From Escherichia phage FL31, in sequence record PP400782: a DNA stretch of 64,000 bases. One strand, 5' to 3'. Every line of letters starts with the position of its first letter. Position 1 is the stretch's first letter. Below are positions 41,356 to 51,231 of the stretch, piece by piece. Made by a program: the position numbers and the translations under genes. The notes beneath the pieces are model-generated. The model was not told the origin of the DNA. It saw only the letters and a program-made list of their open reading frames with translations, and searched no databases.

Positions 41356-42033
41356 TTATCGCTGTTTTACACTTAACGGGTCAGGATTCTCAGGGACATC
41401 TTCAAGGCCAAGCGCATAACGCTGAGCATATTTTAACATCAAAATATCTTTAGCACAATCATGAATACTATCATGGGCAACGAATCCTTTTAGCGCACCC
41501 ATCGGTAATGGACACATACTTAATCCTCGTGTCAACGAGTAAGCTTCGATTGCCGTACGAATATCGCGTTGAGCCCAGAATTTAACAGGTTCTAATTTAT
41601 CGGTATCAATATCTGGTTCAAGAACACCTTCATCACGATAGAGGTCACGAATCAAATCGACCAAGATCGGGAAGTCAAAGCTCATACCACGGCACCACAT
41701 CTGTGATTTCCATTGGTCAACTTTATTAGCTCGACAATAATCTAAAAAGATTTTAATGCCTTCAAGCGTAGTGACATCGTCTTCAGACGGGGCCAAGTTT
41801 TTACGCGCTTCCGCCGATTGTTCTTTCCACCATTTCATAGTGGATTTAGCGAAAACTCGCTTCCCTTTCTGAGAAGCTAAATTAAATTTAATTCGCTTAC
41901 CTCGTTGAACAAGTTCTTCAAATGATTCAACAACTTCAGGGTCGGAATTATATGCAATAACCGCAAGATCAATAACAGCCGCTTTTGATGTATTGCCGAA
42001 TGTTTCAAAATCTATAATAACATCAGTGCTCAT
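41356..42033 (-). CDS. dexA: exonuclease A (DexA), DnaQ-like 3'-5' exonuclease
   Basis: 225 aa; N-terminal IIDFETFG exonuclease motif; synteny next to dda. Confidence 0.85.
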   Translation of the reverse strand: MSTDVIIDFETFGNTSKAAVIDLAVIAYNSDPEVVESFEELVQRGKRIKFNLASQKGKRVFAKSTMKWWKEQSAEARKNLAPSEDDVTTLEGIKIFLDYCRANKVDQWKSQMWCRGMSFDFPILVDLIRDLYRDEGVLEPDIDTDKLEPVKFWAQRDIRTAIEAYSLTRGLSMCPLPMGALKGFVAHDSIHDCAKDILMLKYAQRYALGLEDVPENPDPLSVKQR

Positions 42034-42042
42034 AATTTTCTC

Positions 42043-43356
42043 TCAAATAAAATGGACGTCAAAACGACCACGAGTTGTGCCGACATACAATAACTGTTTA
42101 GCTAGTTCTGAATCGGCATAATGGATACACGGTGTATAAACAAAGGCAGTGTCAACAGACATACCCTGGGCCTTATGGAAGGTTGATACTGGTAGTGCCT
42201 TCACCTTAGTGAACATACGTTTAGCATCCCAGAATTCGCTCCATGGAGCTTTACCACCTTTATTCCAGAATTTGTATGTTTCTGCGGTCTTAGCCAAAAA
42301 CAAATTGAATTTATAAAGCTCTTCTTCAGAAGAAATAACCTTTATATCTTCGCGGATGTATTCTTCATCATCCCCATATGTTTCTACTGTAAGATTCCAG
42401 TATCGTATCATATATTCGCCTGAAACACCACGCGCTTTAACGAATGTAGACGTTTCTACAGCATCTCGAATACGAACGAATTGCCCGTTATTGAAAAGCA
42501 TTTCGGTCATATTTTTACCGTCTAGCTTATATGTCTTAGTAAATGGCTCTTGTAGAACAATGACTTCATCTTTAATAAATGGTTTTTCTGTTTCAAGAAG
42601 TTTTCGGCGAATAATTGAATTTAACTTGTCCACCGACTTATTTGTGAATGCCATCATTCGATTTTCGAAAAGGTCTTCAGGAGTTTTAACAACGTTAAAA
42701 TAGTTCATCATATACGATTTAAGGTCTGTATATCCATGAACACCGTGCCCATCAACTACTTTATCGTAAATCCATTTGCCATTACGAATATCAGTCGCAA
42801 CATCAATAATTGGTGCATTGCTACGTTTAACTTCTGTAAGGTTGCATTGCACGAAGTCTTTGTGAGTGAAGAAAGGACTTAGATACGCAGTTGATTCGCC
42901 TGGGTCTACCGGACGGATCTGGCATCGGTCGCCGATTCCAATTACTGTACACCATTTAGGGATACTAGCTAACATTATTTTAAACAGAGAACGGTCGCAC
43001 ATTGACGCTTCATCAAATAACAGTACACGACACAAGGCTAAGTCGGGAACCTTTTTCTGTTCAAACAATACGTTTTCTTCGTATGTAGTTGGGTTGATTT
43101 TAAGAATGCTATGAATAGTCGATGCTTCTTGACCCGCAAGTTTGCTTAGAACCTTTTTAGCAGCATGTGTAGGGGCTGCTAAAATAATACCTGATTCTCC
43201 AGAAGAAATAAGGGCTTCAACGATGAATCTAGTAAGGGTTGTTTTACCTGTACCAGCAGGCCCGTTAATAGTTACGTGATGTTTCTTTTCTTTAATAGCG
43301 TTCATAACAACGTTGAAGGCGTTTTTCTGGCCTTCAGTCAAATCATCAAATGTCAT
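42043..43356 (-). CDS. dda: Dda DNA helicase (SF1B)
   Basis: 437 aa; MTFDDLTEGQKNAFNVVMNAIKEKKHHVTINGPAGTGKTT near-identical to recalled T4 Dda. Confidence 0.95.
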   Translation of the reverse strand: MTFDDLTEGQKNAFNVVMNAIKEKKHHVTINGPAGTGKTTLTRFIVEALISSGESGIILAAPTHAAKKVLSKLAGQEASTIHSILKINPTTYEENVLFEQKKVPDLALCRVLLFDEASMCDRSLFKIMLASIPKWCTVIGIGDRCQIRPVDPGESTAYLSPFFTHKDFVQCNLTEVKRSNAPIIDVATDIRNGKWIYDKVVDGHGVHGYTDLKSYMMNYFNVVKTPEDLFENRMMAFTNKSVDKLNSIIRRKLLETEKPFIKDEVIVLQEPFTKTYKLDGKNMTEMLFNNGQFVRIRDAVETSTFVKARGVSGEYMIRYWNLTVETYGDDEEYIREDIKVISSEEELYKFNLFLAKTAETYKFWNKGGKAPWSEFWDAKRMFTKVKALPVSTFHKAQGMSVDTAFVYTPCIHYADSELAKQLLYVGTTRGRFDVHFI

Positions 43357-43664
43357 CGTAAAGTCCCTGCAATTGGAATACTAACAATATGGCCTGTGTC
43401 CAGAATTCGTTGATACAATCTTTGCGTCTCCGCATCTAGTTTAACGTGTTTCATTTCAAGCTTATTAAACCAGAACTTACGCGGAGTTTCGACCATTCTT
43501 AGAACTCCCATTTTTAAATCTGTTTTATACTGTGTTTTCAAAGTATCGAAAACTTTATCTGCAATATCCTTTCTAAAAAATACTGCAGGACGATGCTCAT
43601 CAAGTGGAACCGGGACAGTAAATCCTTCCATATCTCGATAAACTATTGCATATACATAAACCAT
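43353..43664 (-). CDS. hypothetical protein (103 aa; dda.1 position)
   Basis: ORF overlapping the dda start. Confidence 0.45.
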   Translation of the reverse strand: MVYVYAIVYRDMEGFTVPVPLDEHRPAVFFRKDIADKVFDTLKTQYKTDLKMGVLRMVETPRKFWFNKLEMKHVKLDAETQRLYQRILDTGHIVSIPIAGTLR

Positions 43665-43666
43665 AA

Positions 43667-44413
43667 TTAACCTTTAATCAGTTGGAATAATGATGCGCTA
43701 AGTGGTAAGCCACGTTTCAATTTTAATTTACCAATGAAACCAATCTTTTCAAAACGTTGCAGACCTTGGATAACTTTATCATATGTATCGAAAAGCGATT
43801 CAGCGTCAGTTAATTTAGTTTTAGTTTTCCAGTCAGAGCCTTTAAGAAGAACGTTGAGTTTAGTAAGTTCATGGCCTTCTGCTTGATGTGAGCCATTAAT
43901 GCGTGCTTTCAAAGCAACAATTCTAAGTTTAGATTCGTTAGATAAATGTTGATTTTTCATCATGTTCGCCATATGCTTAACACGATTTTCACGTTTTGCT
44001 CGGATTTTTAAAATAGTATCATAAACCTTTTTAATTTGGGTCCATTTCTTCTCGTCGAGATTAAGTTTCTCTACTTTACGGACAGAAGGATTAGCAATAC
44101 GTCTTGCAACAGCGTCACGTTTCTCAATAAGTTCTTCTAATGTTAAATCAGAACGAGCCGTGTTATATTTTTTCTTAACTGGGATAACATTACCTTTAAT
44201 GTAGCCTATATCGTTATTAAAACGTTCTAAGGATAATTTCTCACCTTCAACAGAGTTATTAAAAGATTCACCTGAGTAAGCGCAGACCTTTTGATCAAGA
44301 ATGTTTTTAAGGTAATTAAAGTCTAAGTTAAAATCCTTAGAGCGTCTCTTCGCAGAAGCTCTGGTGTGGTCAAGACGACGATTGATTTTGTTAATTTTAT
44401 TATTTGATAACAT
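43667..44413 (-). CDS. hypothetical basic protein (248 aa); possible Srd by position and size
   Basis: Synteny between the mod-like genes and dda; no motif-level confirmation. Confidence 0.45.
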   Translation of the reverse strand: MLSNNKINKINRRLDHTRASAKRRSKDFNLDFNYLKNILDQKVCAYSGESFNNSVEGEKLSLERFNNDIGYIKGNVIPVKKKYNTARSDLTLEELIEKRDAVARRIANPSVRKVEKLNLDEKKWTQIKKVYDTILKIRAKRENRVKHMANMMKNQHLSNESKLRIVALKARINGSHQAEGHELTKLNVLLKGSDWKTKTKLTDAESLFDTYDKVIQGLQRFEKIGFIGKLKLKRGLPLSASLFQLIKG

Positions 44414-44462
44414 AATATTTTCCTCTGTCTTACGGACGTTAGGTCATTTAGCTGATAAGTTT

Positions 44463-44491
44463 ATAATATCATGCCCTCAGGTAGTGTACAC
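44463..44491 (-). promoter_or_regulatory. early promoter-like element (-35 GTGTAC, -10 TATTAT)
   Basis: Minus-strand hexamers with 17 bp spacer upstream of 43667..44413. Confidence 0.4.
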
Positions 44492-44565
44492 TCCTTTTTC
44501 ATAAAATGCTTTAATTTTTTATGTGTTATAATGGTTCTGAGTTCCATCCGGTTATTCCAATCCAG

Positions 44566-45174
44566 TCAGTAACTGACAATAGTCAGATTCCAGATTGTAT
44601 AATTTCCATCTTGAATAATAGAATCTACACGCAGTGTAGTCCCTATAGGGAGCATAAATTCACATTCGTCAGATATAAGTCTAGCATTAGACCGTCTTGT
44701 CGCTTCAGGGAAAGCTCCATTGAACTCACAAGATGGCGCAGCCAGAATCATGTTAAGCATATGTTCACGGAAGTTGAAAGCAAATGGTGCATCTTTGATG
44801 CAGAACATATTAAATGTTCCGTAAAAATTATACGAAGCAAAGTTACGTGCTACACCGAACACTGGGCTGAAGCTCATTACTCTGTCAAATTTAATAATAC
44901 TACCAATGCCTTTATCATCGAGTGTGGCCATAGTTTTCTTAGAGATTCCACGATACATTGTCTCAGGAACAGAAGACGTCCAATTTCTACGAACGATTGA
45001 ACTTAACTCCTGTTGAATACAATCTGGCTTGTTTTCCATACACTGCCACAATACACTTTGTTCAATGTCGCTGAATTGACTATCAATTTCGTACTGCAAT
45101 ACATCTTGATATTCGGGGTTTTGAGCACGACGAACCATTTCTTCAATTTCACACTCGTTATACGGCATAAACAT
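44566..45174 (-). CDS. modA: ADP-ribosyltransferase, ModA/ModB family (modA position)
   Basis: R-S-E triad-like motifs: TMYRG, SFSPVF, ECEFMLP; about 200 aa; tandem with a paralog. Confidence 0.6.
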   Translation of the reverse strand: MFMPYNECEIEEMVRRAQNPEYQDVLQYEIDSQFSDIEQSVLWQCMENKPDCIQQELSSIVRRNWTSSVPETMYRGISKKTMATLDDKGIGSIIKFDRVMSFSPVFGVARNFASYNFYGTFNMFCIKDAPFAFNFREHMLNMILAAPSCEFNGAFPEATRRSNARLISDECEFMLPIGTTLRVDSIIQDGNYTIWNLTIVSY

Positions 45175-45202
45175 TTAGGTTTCTCCTGTGGTTGATAAAG
45201 GT

Positions 45203-45231
45203 ATAGTATCATCATCGGAAGAGTTTGTACA
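45203..45231 (-). promoter_or_regulatory. early promoter-like element (-35 TGTACA, -10 TACTAT)
   Basis: Minus strand TGTACAaactcttccgatgatgaTACTAT; shares the AACTCT box with cassettes at 684 and 29846. Confidence 0.4.
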
Positions 45232-45813
45232 CTAAAAATTCAACATTTTCAAATGAATGATTTTGTATAATCTAGATAAAGGGTCATATTCTAAGTCTTC
45301 AATTTCCACAATCTCAAATCTAGAGATACCTGAGACCATGTACTCTTGTTCAGATTCAATCATATCTAGGACGTCAACACGCTTTTCTTCCATAACATGC
45401 TTAGGGTTCTTTCCGGCGAGTACAATGTTAATCATGTTTTGGTAGTAATCAAAAATGAATGGAGCATTCCTGAGACTAAGAATAGTGTACGTCTGATATT
45501 CCCATCTCCCAGAGAATTGACGAGCTGTACTGAAATCAGTTGTGAACGATGTTACTCGTCCAGGAGACCAATGGCATCCAACAGAAAGAAGAGAAAGACG
45601 TTCTACTTCTTCTGGAGTTACACCACGGTAGAGTTCTACTGGTACTGTAGAAGTCATATGCTTACGAACAAGATGGTCTAATTCATAGTGGAAATCCGGG
45701 TCTTCCTTAGAATCAGTGCAAGCCCAGAGAATGTTTTGTTCTTGGCGGGTGAATTTGCTATCAATAAGATTTGTTAGGTATTCACGTTCTTGAAGTTCAG
45801 ATTGACATGTCAT
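45232..45813 (-). CDS. modB: ADP-ribosyltransferase, ModA/ModB family (modB position)
   Basis: Motifs ELYRG, SFTTDFSTA, EQEYMVSG; 193 aa. Confidence 0.6.
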   Translation of the reverse strand: MTCQSELQEREYLTNLIDSKFTRQEQNILWACTDSKEDPDFHYELDHLVRKHMTSTVPVELYRGVTPEEVERLSLLSVGCHWSPGRVTSFTTDFSTARQFSGRWEYQTYTILSLRNAPFIFDYYQNMINIVLAGKNPKHVMEEKRVDVLDMIESEQEYMVSGISRFEIVEIEDLEYDPLSRLYKIIHLKMLNF

Positions 45814-45840
45814 GATAGACCTCCATTTAAAGATAAGCCT

Positions 45841-45869
45841 ATCATAACATGAGAGGAGGGAATGTAAAC
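45841..45869 (-). promoter_or_regulatory. early promoter-like element (-35 GTTTAC, -10 TATGAT)
   Basis: Minus strand GTTTACattccctcctctcatgtTATGAT. Confidence 0.4.
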
Positions 45870-46029
45870 TACTTTTTAAGCTTTCCTACTAAAGGTCCAT
45901 CAGGGCCAGGTTGTTCTAACATGAATAACGATGCTTTAAAAAGCAATGTCAACCCTTTCACCATTCGATACCATGTCTCAAAGTCTTTTTCCTTGATTTC
46001 TAGTAAGAATTTCTCTTTCAATTTCTCTT

Positions 46030-46218
46030 TCATTTCCAAGGACTCCATGGCGGAGGGTCGTCATAATAAGAGGCAAGGTCTTTCAGGGCTTCAACAGGTA
46101 AACTAAAGCCATGACGCTGTATAATACTATCTAGTTCATCAACAAGTTCACTACGATGCACTTTAGGAGCCTCAACTTCAGGCTCGTCAAACATACTCAT
46201 AAGGTCCATATTACTCAC
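46030..46218 (-). CDS. hypothetical protein (62 aa)
   Basis: ORF. Confidence 0.3.
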   Translation of the reverse strand: MSNMDLMSMFDEPEVEAPKVHRSELVDELDSIIQRHGFSLPVEALKDLASYYDDPPPWSPWK

Positions 46219-46675
46219 CTAAATAAAAACTAGGCTGCTCGGAGAATGTTTCTAGCGCTACACCTTTTGTCTTAAAAAATTTCCAAATAGCTCGTTGCAA
46301 ATGGATTAAATCTGCTAATGATGTAATAAAGTATTTTTTGGCAAAATACTTATGGTCTCGCTTTTCAAACAAGTCTAAACGCTTTTCAGGATTCACATAA
46401 ACGGCATTTTCCGTAGATTCATAACCTAAGTCCTTTATGCCTTCTTCAAGACTAAACGGAGAATTTTTAGAACGAGTAATAGCTCCAACTCGCTCTACAC
46501 GAATTTTGTAACCTTTAGGAATCTGCAATTTGCAGAATTCTTCTACGATATATTGCGGATTATTTAGACTTTTGTTAATGAGAATAGCTATTTCTAGTGG
46601 AGTCTTATCTTCCACTGGTATATGTTTAAATGACTTGGCTTCAAGCAAATACATTTTAAATAGCATAGCATCCAT
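46211..46675 (-). CDS. hypothetical protein (154 aa; mrh position)
   Basis: ORF; synteny only. Confidence 0.45.
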   Translation of the reverse strand: MDAMLFKMYLLEAKSFKHIPVEDKTPLEIAILINKSLNNPQYIVEEFCKLQIPKGYKIRVERVGAITRSKNSPFSLEEGIKDLGYESTENAVYVNPEKRLDLFEKRDHKYFAKKYFITSLADLIHLQRAIWKFFKTKGVALETFSEQPSFYLGE

Positions 46676-46881
46676 TATAATTTCCTCGATGGTTCACCCA
46701 TATAAAGTTTTACAATACGTTCGCCTTCATCTTCGACGAGCTTTTCTTCATGTTTCTGGAATTCTTTAGCCATATTCTCTTCAAGAACATCCAGCCAATC
46801 TTCTGGACCGACACCATCGTCCCAGCTTTTAAACCATTTAACTATCTTGTTCATTCGCAGCTCCCTGAGCTTGAACCACAA
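46675..46881 (-). CDS. hypothetical protein (68 aa)
   Basis: ORF. Confidence 0.3.
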   Translation of the reverse strand: MWFKLRELRMNKIVKWFKSWDDGVGPEDWLDVLEENMAKEFQKHEEKLVEDEGERIVKLYMGEPSRKL

Positions 46882-47099
46882 TCAGAATAACTTGACCCAG
46901 AATCACCAGGCCAAGACGATACGTATGAATGATTATAACTTGAAGAGCTTGAAGCATTAACCTGTTTTGTTTTTGGACGAACAACTTCTTCCATCATTCC
47001 ATCACCGATATATTCCCAACTTTTTTCGTGTGTATCAGGAATAGGCATCATACCTTCGCCTGGTTTAACAGCAAACAACTTCTTCAGTATCGTAAGCAT
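46851..47099 (-). CDS. hypothetical Ser-rich protein (start taken at an internal Met)
   Basis: ORF; upstream part overlaps the neighbouring ORF in another frame. Confidence 0.35.
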   Translation of the reverse strand: MLTILKKLFAVKPGEGMMPIPDTHEKSWEYIGDGMMEEVVRPKTKQVNASSSSSYNHSYVSSWPGDSGSSYSDCGSSSGSCE

Positions 47100-47292
47100 T
47101 AATTGTTCCTCGAACAAAACGAACACCACCATCATCCCAACGGATTTCGGCATTAAATTTGACGTCTTCACCATCCATCATGAATGAGTGTACGACTACA
47201 TCATCGTAATATCCAAGACCGTACTTTAATGAAACTTCTTGAGCAATCAAAGCACCTAATGTGTTATTAGGTTTAATCCAACGATTTAACAT
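47065..47292 (-). CDS. hypothetical protein (~75 aa; start at MLNRW with AAGAGGAG SD)
   Basis: ORF with strong SD. Confidence 0.4.
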   Translation of the reverse strand: MLNRWIKPNNTLGALIAQEVSLKYGLGYYDDVVVHSFMMDGEDVKFNAEIRWDDGGVRFVRGTINAYDTEEVVCC

Positions 47293-47356
47293 ATTGTTCT
47301 CCTCTTGAGTAAGTAAGAATATCTTAACACAGTTTTTAGCGGTTGTAAACTGTAGA

Positions 47357-47386
47357 AACAAAAAAAGGAATCCCGAAGGATTCCTT
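47357..47386 (-). terminator. rho-independent terminator after soc
   Basis: Minus strand aaggaaucc-UUCG-ggauuccuu followed by UUUUUUU. Confidence 0.7.
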
Positions 47387-47393
47387 AAATTAT

Positions 47394-47630
47394 TTAACCA
47401 CTTACTGGTGTAGGGGTAAACATTGCAGCGTTCTTAGTTTTCCAGTCAGCTGCATCAGAAACTACAGTAGAATAAGCTGCCTTTTCTGATGGAAAGATTT
47501 GGTAATGAGAATCTGCAATCCGATGTTCGTTTGAATAAATCTCAAACGGTACAGAAACTTCCATACCTTTAACTTCTTTGCCTTCACCAGCAGGATGCGT
47601 AAAGGTTTTGATATTAACGTAACCACCCAT
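47394..47630 (-). CDS. soc: small outer capsid protein Soc
   Basis: 78 aa; GYVNIKTF and HYQIFPSEKAAYSTV match recalled T4 Soc. Confidence 0.85.
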   Translation of the reverse strand: MGGYVNIKTFTHPAGEGKEVKGMEVSVPFEIYSNEHRIADSHYQIFPSEKAAYSTVVSDAADWKTKNAAMFTPTPVSG

Positions 47631-47632
47631 AA

Positions 47633-47971
47633 TTAACTCCTTTGTTGTTTAATTACAGGTGTATTTATAATGAATTTCTTCGGGACAATAAAATATCCGA
47701 ATTTAGCTAATATAACAACATCACCGTTAATTATTACCGGAGAATAATCATCTGGAGTATTAAATTTCCAGTGGAGTCTAGTATTATATCCATCAGAGCC
47801 GAATGCTTTATTAGCCGGTCTCCCGGCTTTTTGCCATGCATAAAAATCAAGTTTCATTTGCAACCCAATCAACCACATGTAGATGGTCTGATAATTGACT
47901 AACATGCTGAAGCTGATTAGACAGGAGCTTACAAATAAGCTCACTGTTATCATTTTTAAATAGTTGGTCAA
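47633..47971 (-). CDS. hypothetical membrane-anchored protein (112 aa)
   Basis: N-terminal hydrophobic segment. Confidence 0.4.
   Translation of the reverse strand: MTNYLKMITVSLFVSSCLISFSMLVNYQTIYMWLIGLQMKLDFYAWQKAGRPANKAFGSDGYNTRLHWKFNTPDDYSPVIINGDVVILAKFGYFIVPKKFIINTPVIKQQRS
47662..47669 (-). promoter_or_regulatory. late promoter TATAAATA for soc
   Basis: Exact TATAAATA on the minus strand about 32 nt upstream of the soc ATG. Confidence 0.65.
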
Positions 47972-48019
47972 TACGTTTCTTATGAGCTTTCTTAAGCTGA
48001 CGTTTATTTAAACGAGCCA

Positions 48020-48541
48020 TTAATAACCTCGGTCTTGACGAGCAAAGTTTTCAGCATTCTTCAGATAATACAGTTTAAAGATTTCTTCGGCAGAAAGACC
48101 CAGACCTTGGAACATGTTCAGAACGAAGTGCAGAATATCAATCATTTCGAATTTAATTTCGAGCTGGTCTTCAGGAGACAGTTCATCAATACGACGATTA
48201 CGATATTCAGCATGTTGTGCTTTCCATGGCTTCCACACAGAGCTGGCAGCTTTTTCACCGTTGGACATACCACCAAGTGAAGTCAGCAGTTCACGAAATT
48301 CATCATCAATATAATCTTTCTGATTACGCAGCCAATCAACAACATCGCCAGCAGTGGCCAATTCATCAGGATGTTTGTTATGTTCAGGCTTGTCATTTGC
48401 CAAACGAACCTGTAAAGATTTCTGCATATCAAGCATTACCTGCAGTGGGTCTTTATCTTCGTGAATCAGAGCATTAAAATAAGCTTCTTCTGCTTTATCA
48501 ACACCAGAAATAAGTTGTGAACATTCGTTAAAGTGTGCCAT
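48020..48541 (-). CDS. 56: dCTP pyrophosphatase gp56 (MazG-like)
   Basis: MAHFNEC...DPLQVMLDMQ...IDDEFRELLTSLG...EIFKLYYLKNAENFARQDRGY matches recalled T4 gp56. Confidence 0.9.
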   Translation of the reverse strand: MAHFNECSQLISGVDKAEEAYFNALIHEDKDPLQVMLDMQKSLQVRLANDKPEHNKHPDELATAGDVVDWLRNQKDYIDDEFRELLTSLGGMSNGEKAASSVWKPWKAQHAEYRNRRIDELSPEDQLEIKFEMIDILHFVLNMFQGLGLSAEEIFKLYYLKNAENFARQDRGY

Positions 48542-48629
48542 TATTTTTCCTTTCAATTCAGTATAAGAGAGTTAATTCTAACATTAATTTTATAAAGCGT
48601 AATAAATAATAGGTAACTAAGGAGATATC

Positions 48630-48827
48630 ATGTTTAAACTTCCATCGTTAATCAACGCTATTAAAGGCAATAAAAAGAAAACTGCTATCGCTGCAATAGT
48701 TGTAGGTGGCATTATTTCATGGAACTTCGGGATTGCACCATTGCTAGTTGCCCATGGTGTTATGGTTCCTTCTGTTCCATTGGATACTGTAGTTGATTTG
48801 GCCTTTGCTATTATAGGGCTTGTTTAA
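48630..48827 (+). CDS. small membrane protein (65 aa), lone plus-strand gene in the early region
   Basis: Strong SD TAAGGAGAT before the ATG; hydrophobic sequence; convergent with gene 61. Confidence 0.4.
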   Translation: MFKLPSLINAIKGNKKKTAIAAIVVGGIISWNFGIAPLLVAHGVMVPSVPLDTVVDLAFAIIGLV

Positions 48828-49846
48828 ATCTTCGAATAACGAGATAATCTCATTTTAGCATGCAACCCACTTGAAATATTCTGTTTCATATATTCTAAAA
48901 TTTCTTGTGGTGTTGCATTTTCTTTCATTACCATATCATTCACATCCTTTGATCTCCATGGAGCTCGATCCCAGAACATGACACGTTCGCCTGCATCAAC
49001 TAATCGCTTCATGCGAGCTATAGTATCCGGATGCCTAGGTTCATTATCCATTACCCATACCCGACGTTCTTTAAACGGTACCACATCTAAATCTATTGAG
49101 CCGCCTGTAATAGCGATTGCATTGGGTATGAATAAACTATCAATAGGGCCTTCCATTACCCAGACGTCCCCTTCCTTAACACGTTCAACACCATAAATTT
49201 TTGTTGCAGACTCAAACGCTTTAATAGTGATATATTTCTGAGGAGCATCTTTACGAAGTGCACGTCCTTGGAATGACTCGGCCTTCCCATCTTTATTAAA
49301 AATAGGAATCACTAAACGTGGTTCGGGGATCTCTTTCTTATACGTACCAGGTTGAATCTTGTTGACCAATTTGGGCCATTCTAATGTGAACCATAATCTG
49401 TTCCACGATTCTTTAGGAATACACCGAGACTTAACATATTTCACAATAGGATGCTCTTCAGGCAACTTGTCCAGACGAGAACAAGACGGCAAAGAATTTA
49501 TAGTCTTTTTCTCTGGCTCTGGCTTAGCTTCAGGAACCTTTTCAATCTTTGGTTCCATTCTAGCTTTTTCTTTACGAACTTCCATTAGATATTCGCGATA
49601 AAGCTCTTCATCATACTCCTTTAAGTATCCGGAAATTGTATTGTGGTATTGACAGTTATAGCAATGTACATTACCAGGAGTACCGCCATAATACCAACCG
49701 CGAGCTTTCATTGCATCTGTCTGAGAGTCGCCACAAACTGGACATCGAAATGTTAATTTAAATGTGCTTGAATTATTGATTTGTCTAAAACGAGGTAGGT
49801 GAGAAAACGCACGATAAGCAAATTCATTATCTATCCATTCAGCCAT
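48824..49846 (-). CDS. 61: DNA primase gp61
   Basis: 340 aa; zinc ribbon FRCPVCGDS...CYNC; TOPRIM region; matches recalled T4 gp61. Confidence 0.95.
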   Translation of the reverse strand: MAEWIDNEFAYRAFSHLPRFRQINNSSTFKLTFRCPVCGDSQTDAMKARGWYYGGTPGNVHCYNCQYHNTISGYLKEYDEELYREYLMEVRKEKARMEPKIEKVPEAKPEPEKKTINSLPSCSRLDKLPEEHPIVKYVKSRCIPKESWNRLWFTLEWPKLVNKIQPGTYKKEIPEPRLVIPIFNKDGKAESFQGRALRKDAPQKYITIKAFESATKIYGVERVKEGDVWVMEGPIDSLFIPNAIAITGGSIDLDVVPFKERRVWVMDNEPRHPDTIARMKRLVDAGERVMFWDRAPWRSKDVNDMVMKENATPQEILEYMKQNISSGLHAKMRLSRYSKI

Positions 49847-49885
49847 AGTATTCTCCAGAGGCCTTAAATTAATAAGGCCATCTTA

Positions 49886-50380
49886 TCACAACTTATTAAT
49901 ATTTACTTTAATTCGCTTTCTTTTCTTGGAAGGAATTTGTTCGGGACCTTTATTTACGACTGCACCTGTAGTAGTTCCTGATGCAATAGCTTGAGGACTG
50001 CCACCTGAATCACCAGCAACCATATCCTCAAATAAAGGGAGTTCTTTAAATATTTCTTTCTGCTGTTCTTCGGTAATGTTATAGCGTGAAGCTACAGCAC
50101 TCCAAGCAGACATCATTGAGGCCATTCCATTAAGACCTGGAACAGTGCTCATCATTCGCTTCATTGAACGAACTGAAGCATGAAAAGGTGTATAAGCCGC
50201 TTTCTCTTCAGGAGTGGAAGGGCGTTTAAGAACACTTCCACGTTCATCGATGATTTTGGCTTCGTATGCTTTCCATTCGGTAAAAGGTTTTTGCATTAGT
50301 CGAATAAACTTATATGCATAAACAGAATCTATTGCAGTGTTAATAATACCCATAGGTACCTCCTGAGTATATTTAATCAA
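49886..50380 (-). CDS. hypothetical protein (164 aa)
   Basis: ORF. Confidence 0.45.
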   Translation of the reverse strand: MIKYTQEVPMGIINTAIDSVYAYKFIRLMQKPFTEWKAYEAKIIDERGSVLKRPSTPEEKAAYTPFHASVRSMKRMMSTVPGLNGMASMMSAWSAVASRYNITEEQQKEIFKELPLFEDMVAGDSGGSPQAIASGTTTGAVVNKGPEQIPSKKRKRIKVNINKL

Positions 50381-50570
50381 TTACAAAGATTGCTTTGTCA
50401 CCATTTATATCTGTGACTTCATATGTAGTGCCTTCATACTGTGGAATATTCCAAATTACACCATCATTAGCTTTTACGCTAATATGGCATTGGTGTTTTG
50501 AAACAACTTCATAATCTTCAAAACTTGTAAAAACACTAATTTTAGAACCAGTGCAAATTGCAGTAGTCAT
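50373..50570 (-). CDS. hypothetical protein (65 aa)
   Basis: ORF. Confidence 0.3.
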   Translation of the reverse strand: MTTAICTGSKISVFTSFEDYEVVSKHQCHISVKANDGVIWNIPQYEGTTYEVTDINGDKAIFVID

Positions 50571-50571
50571 T

Positions 50572-51231
50572 TTAACCTCGATTCATAAATGCATTAAATA
50601 TTTGGTCATCAACAGAAATTTCTAATTCGACTTCAATTGCTTCAGCCTTTTCTTCAGGTGGTAATTCGTATCCACACACTACAATTTTTTCATCGATATC
50701 AAAATATACAGAAGCAATACGATTAATGTTATTTTCAGTTAAGTCCAAATCAACATCAACATCTTTTTGGCCTACACTTAGAGGATAACTAATACGGGTT
50801 ATTTTATTATCTTTAACAAAGAGTCCACCAACATACTCTGTACTGCGTTTGAAGTTTACACGTTTCCGAATTGAAAGATATGATACATCTTTACCGTGAG
50901 CTCGGCTCATAGGACATAATGAATAGCTAGAATAAGAGATGTCAAATCCTACACCTTCAATATGAGCCAACGCGTCATGATTAAACCAATTATAATCATA
51001 TGCCAAATCCATTATATTGTAATATGTGAAAGGCACTGGATTAACATCATATGTTGTACCTTTAAAATCAGCCCAGGCAACGATTTCGTTATCTTTAACA
51101 ATTACAAAAATTACACCAATATGGTATCCGTTATTATTTTCATTCGGCGTTATATTATAACATTGTGCATTAGGAAATTTACCATATTTAAATGGTGCGT
51201 TTTTGTGCATGTAATAAATCATATTATTCAC
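50572..51231 (-). CDS. hypothetical protein (219 aa)
   Basis: ORF. Confidence 0.45.
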   Translation of the reverse strand: MNNMIYYMHKNAPFKYGKFPNAQCYNITPNENNNGYHIGVIFVIVKDNEIVAWADFKGTTYDVNPVPFTYYNIMDLAYDYNWFNHDALAHIEGVGFDISYSSYSLCPMSRAHGKDVSYLSIRKRVNFKRSTEYVGGLFVKDNKITRISYPLSVGQKDVDVDLDLTENNINRIASVYFDIDEKIVVCGYELPPEEKAEAIEVELEISVDDQIFNAFMNRG

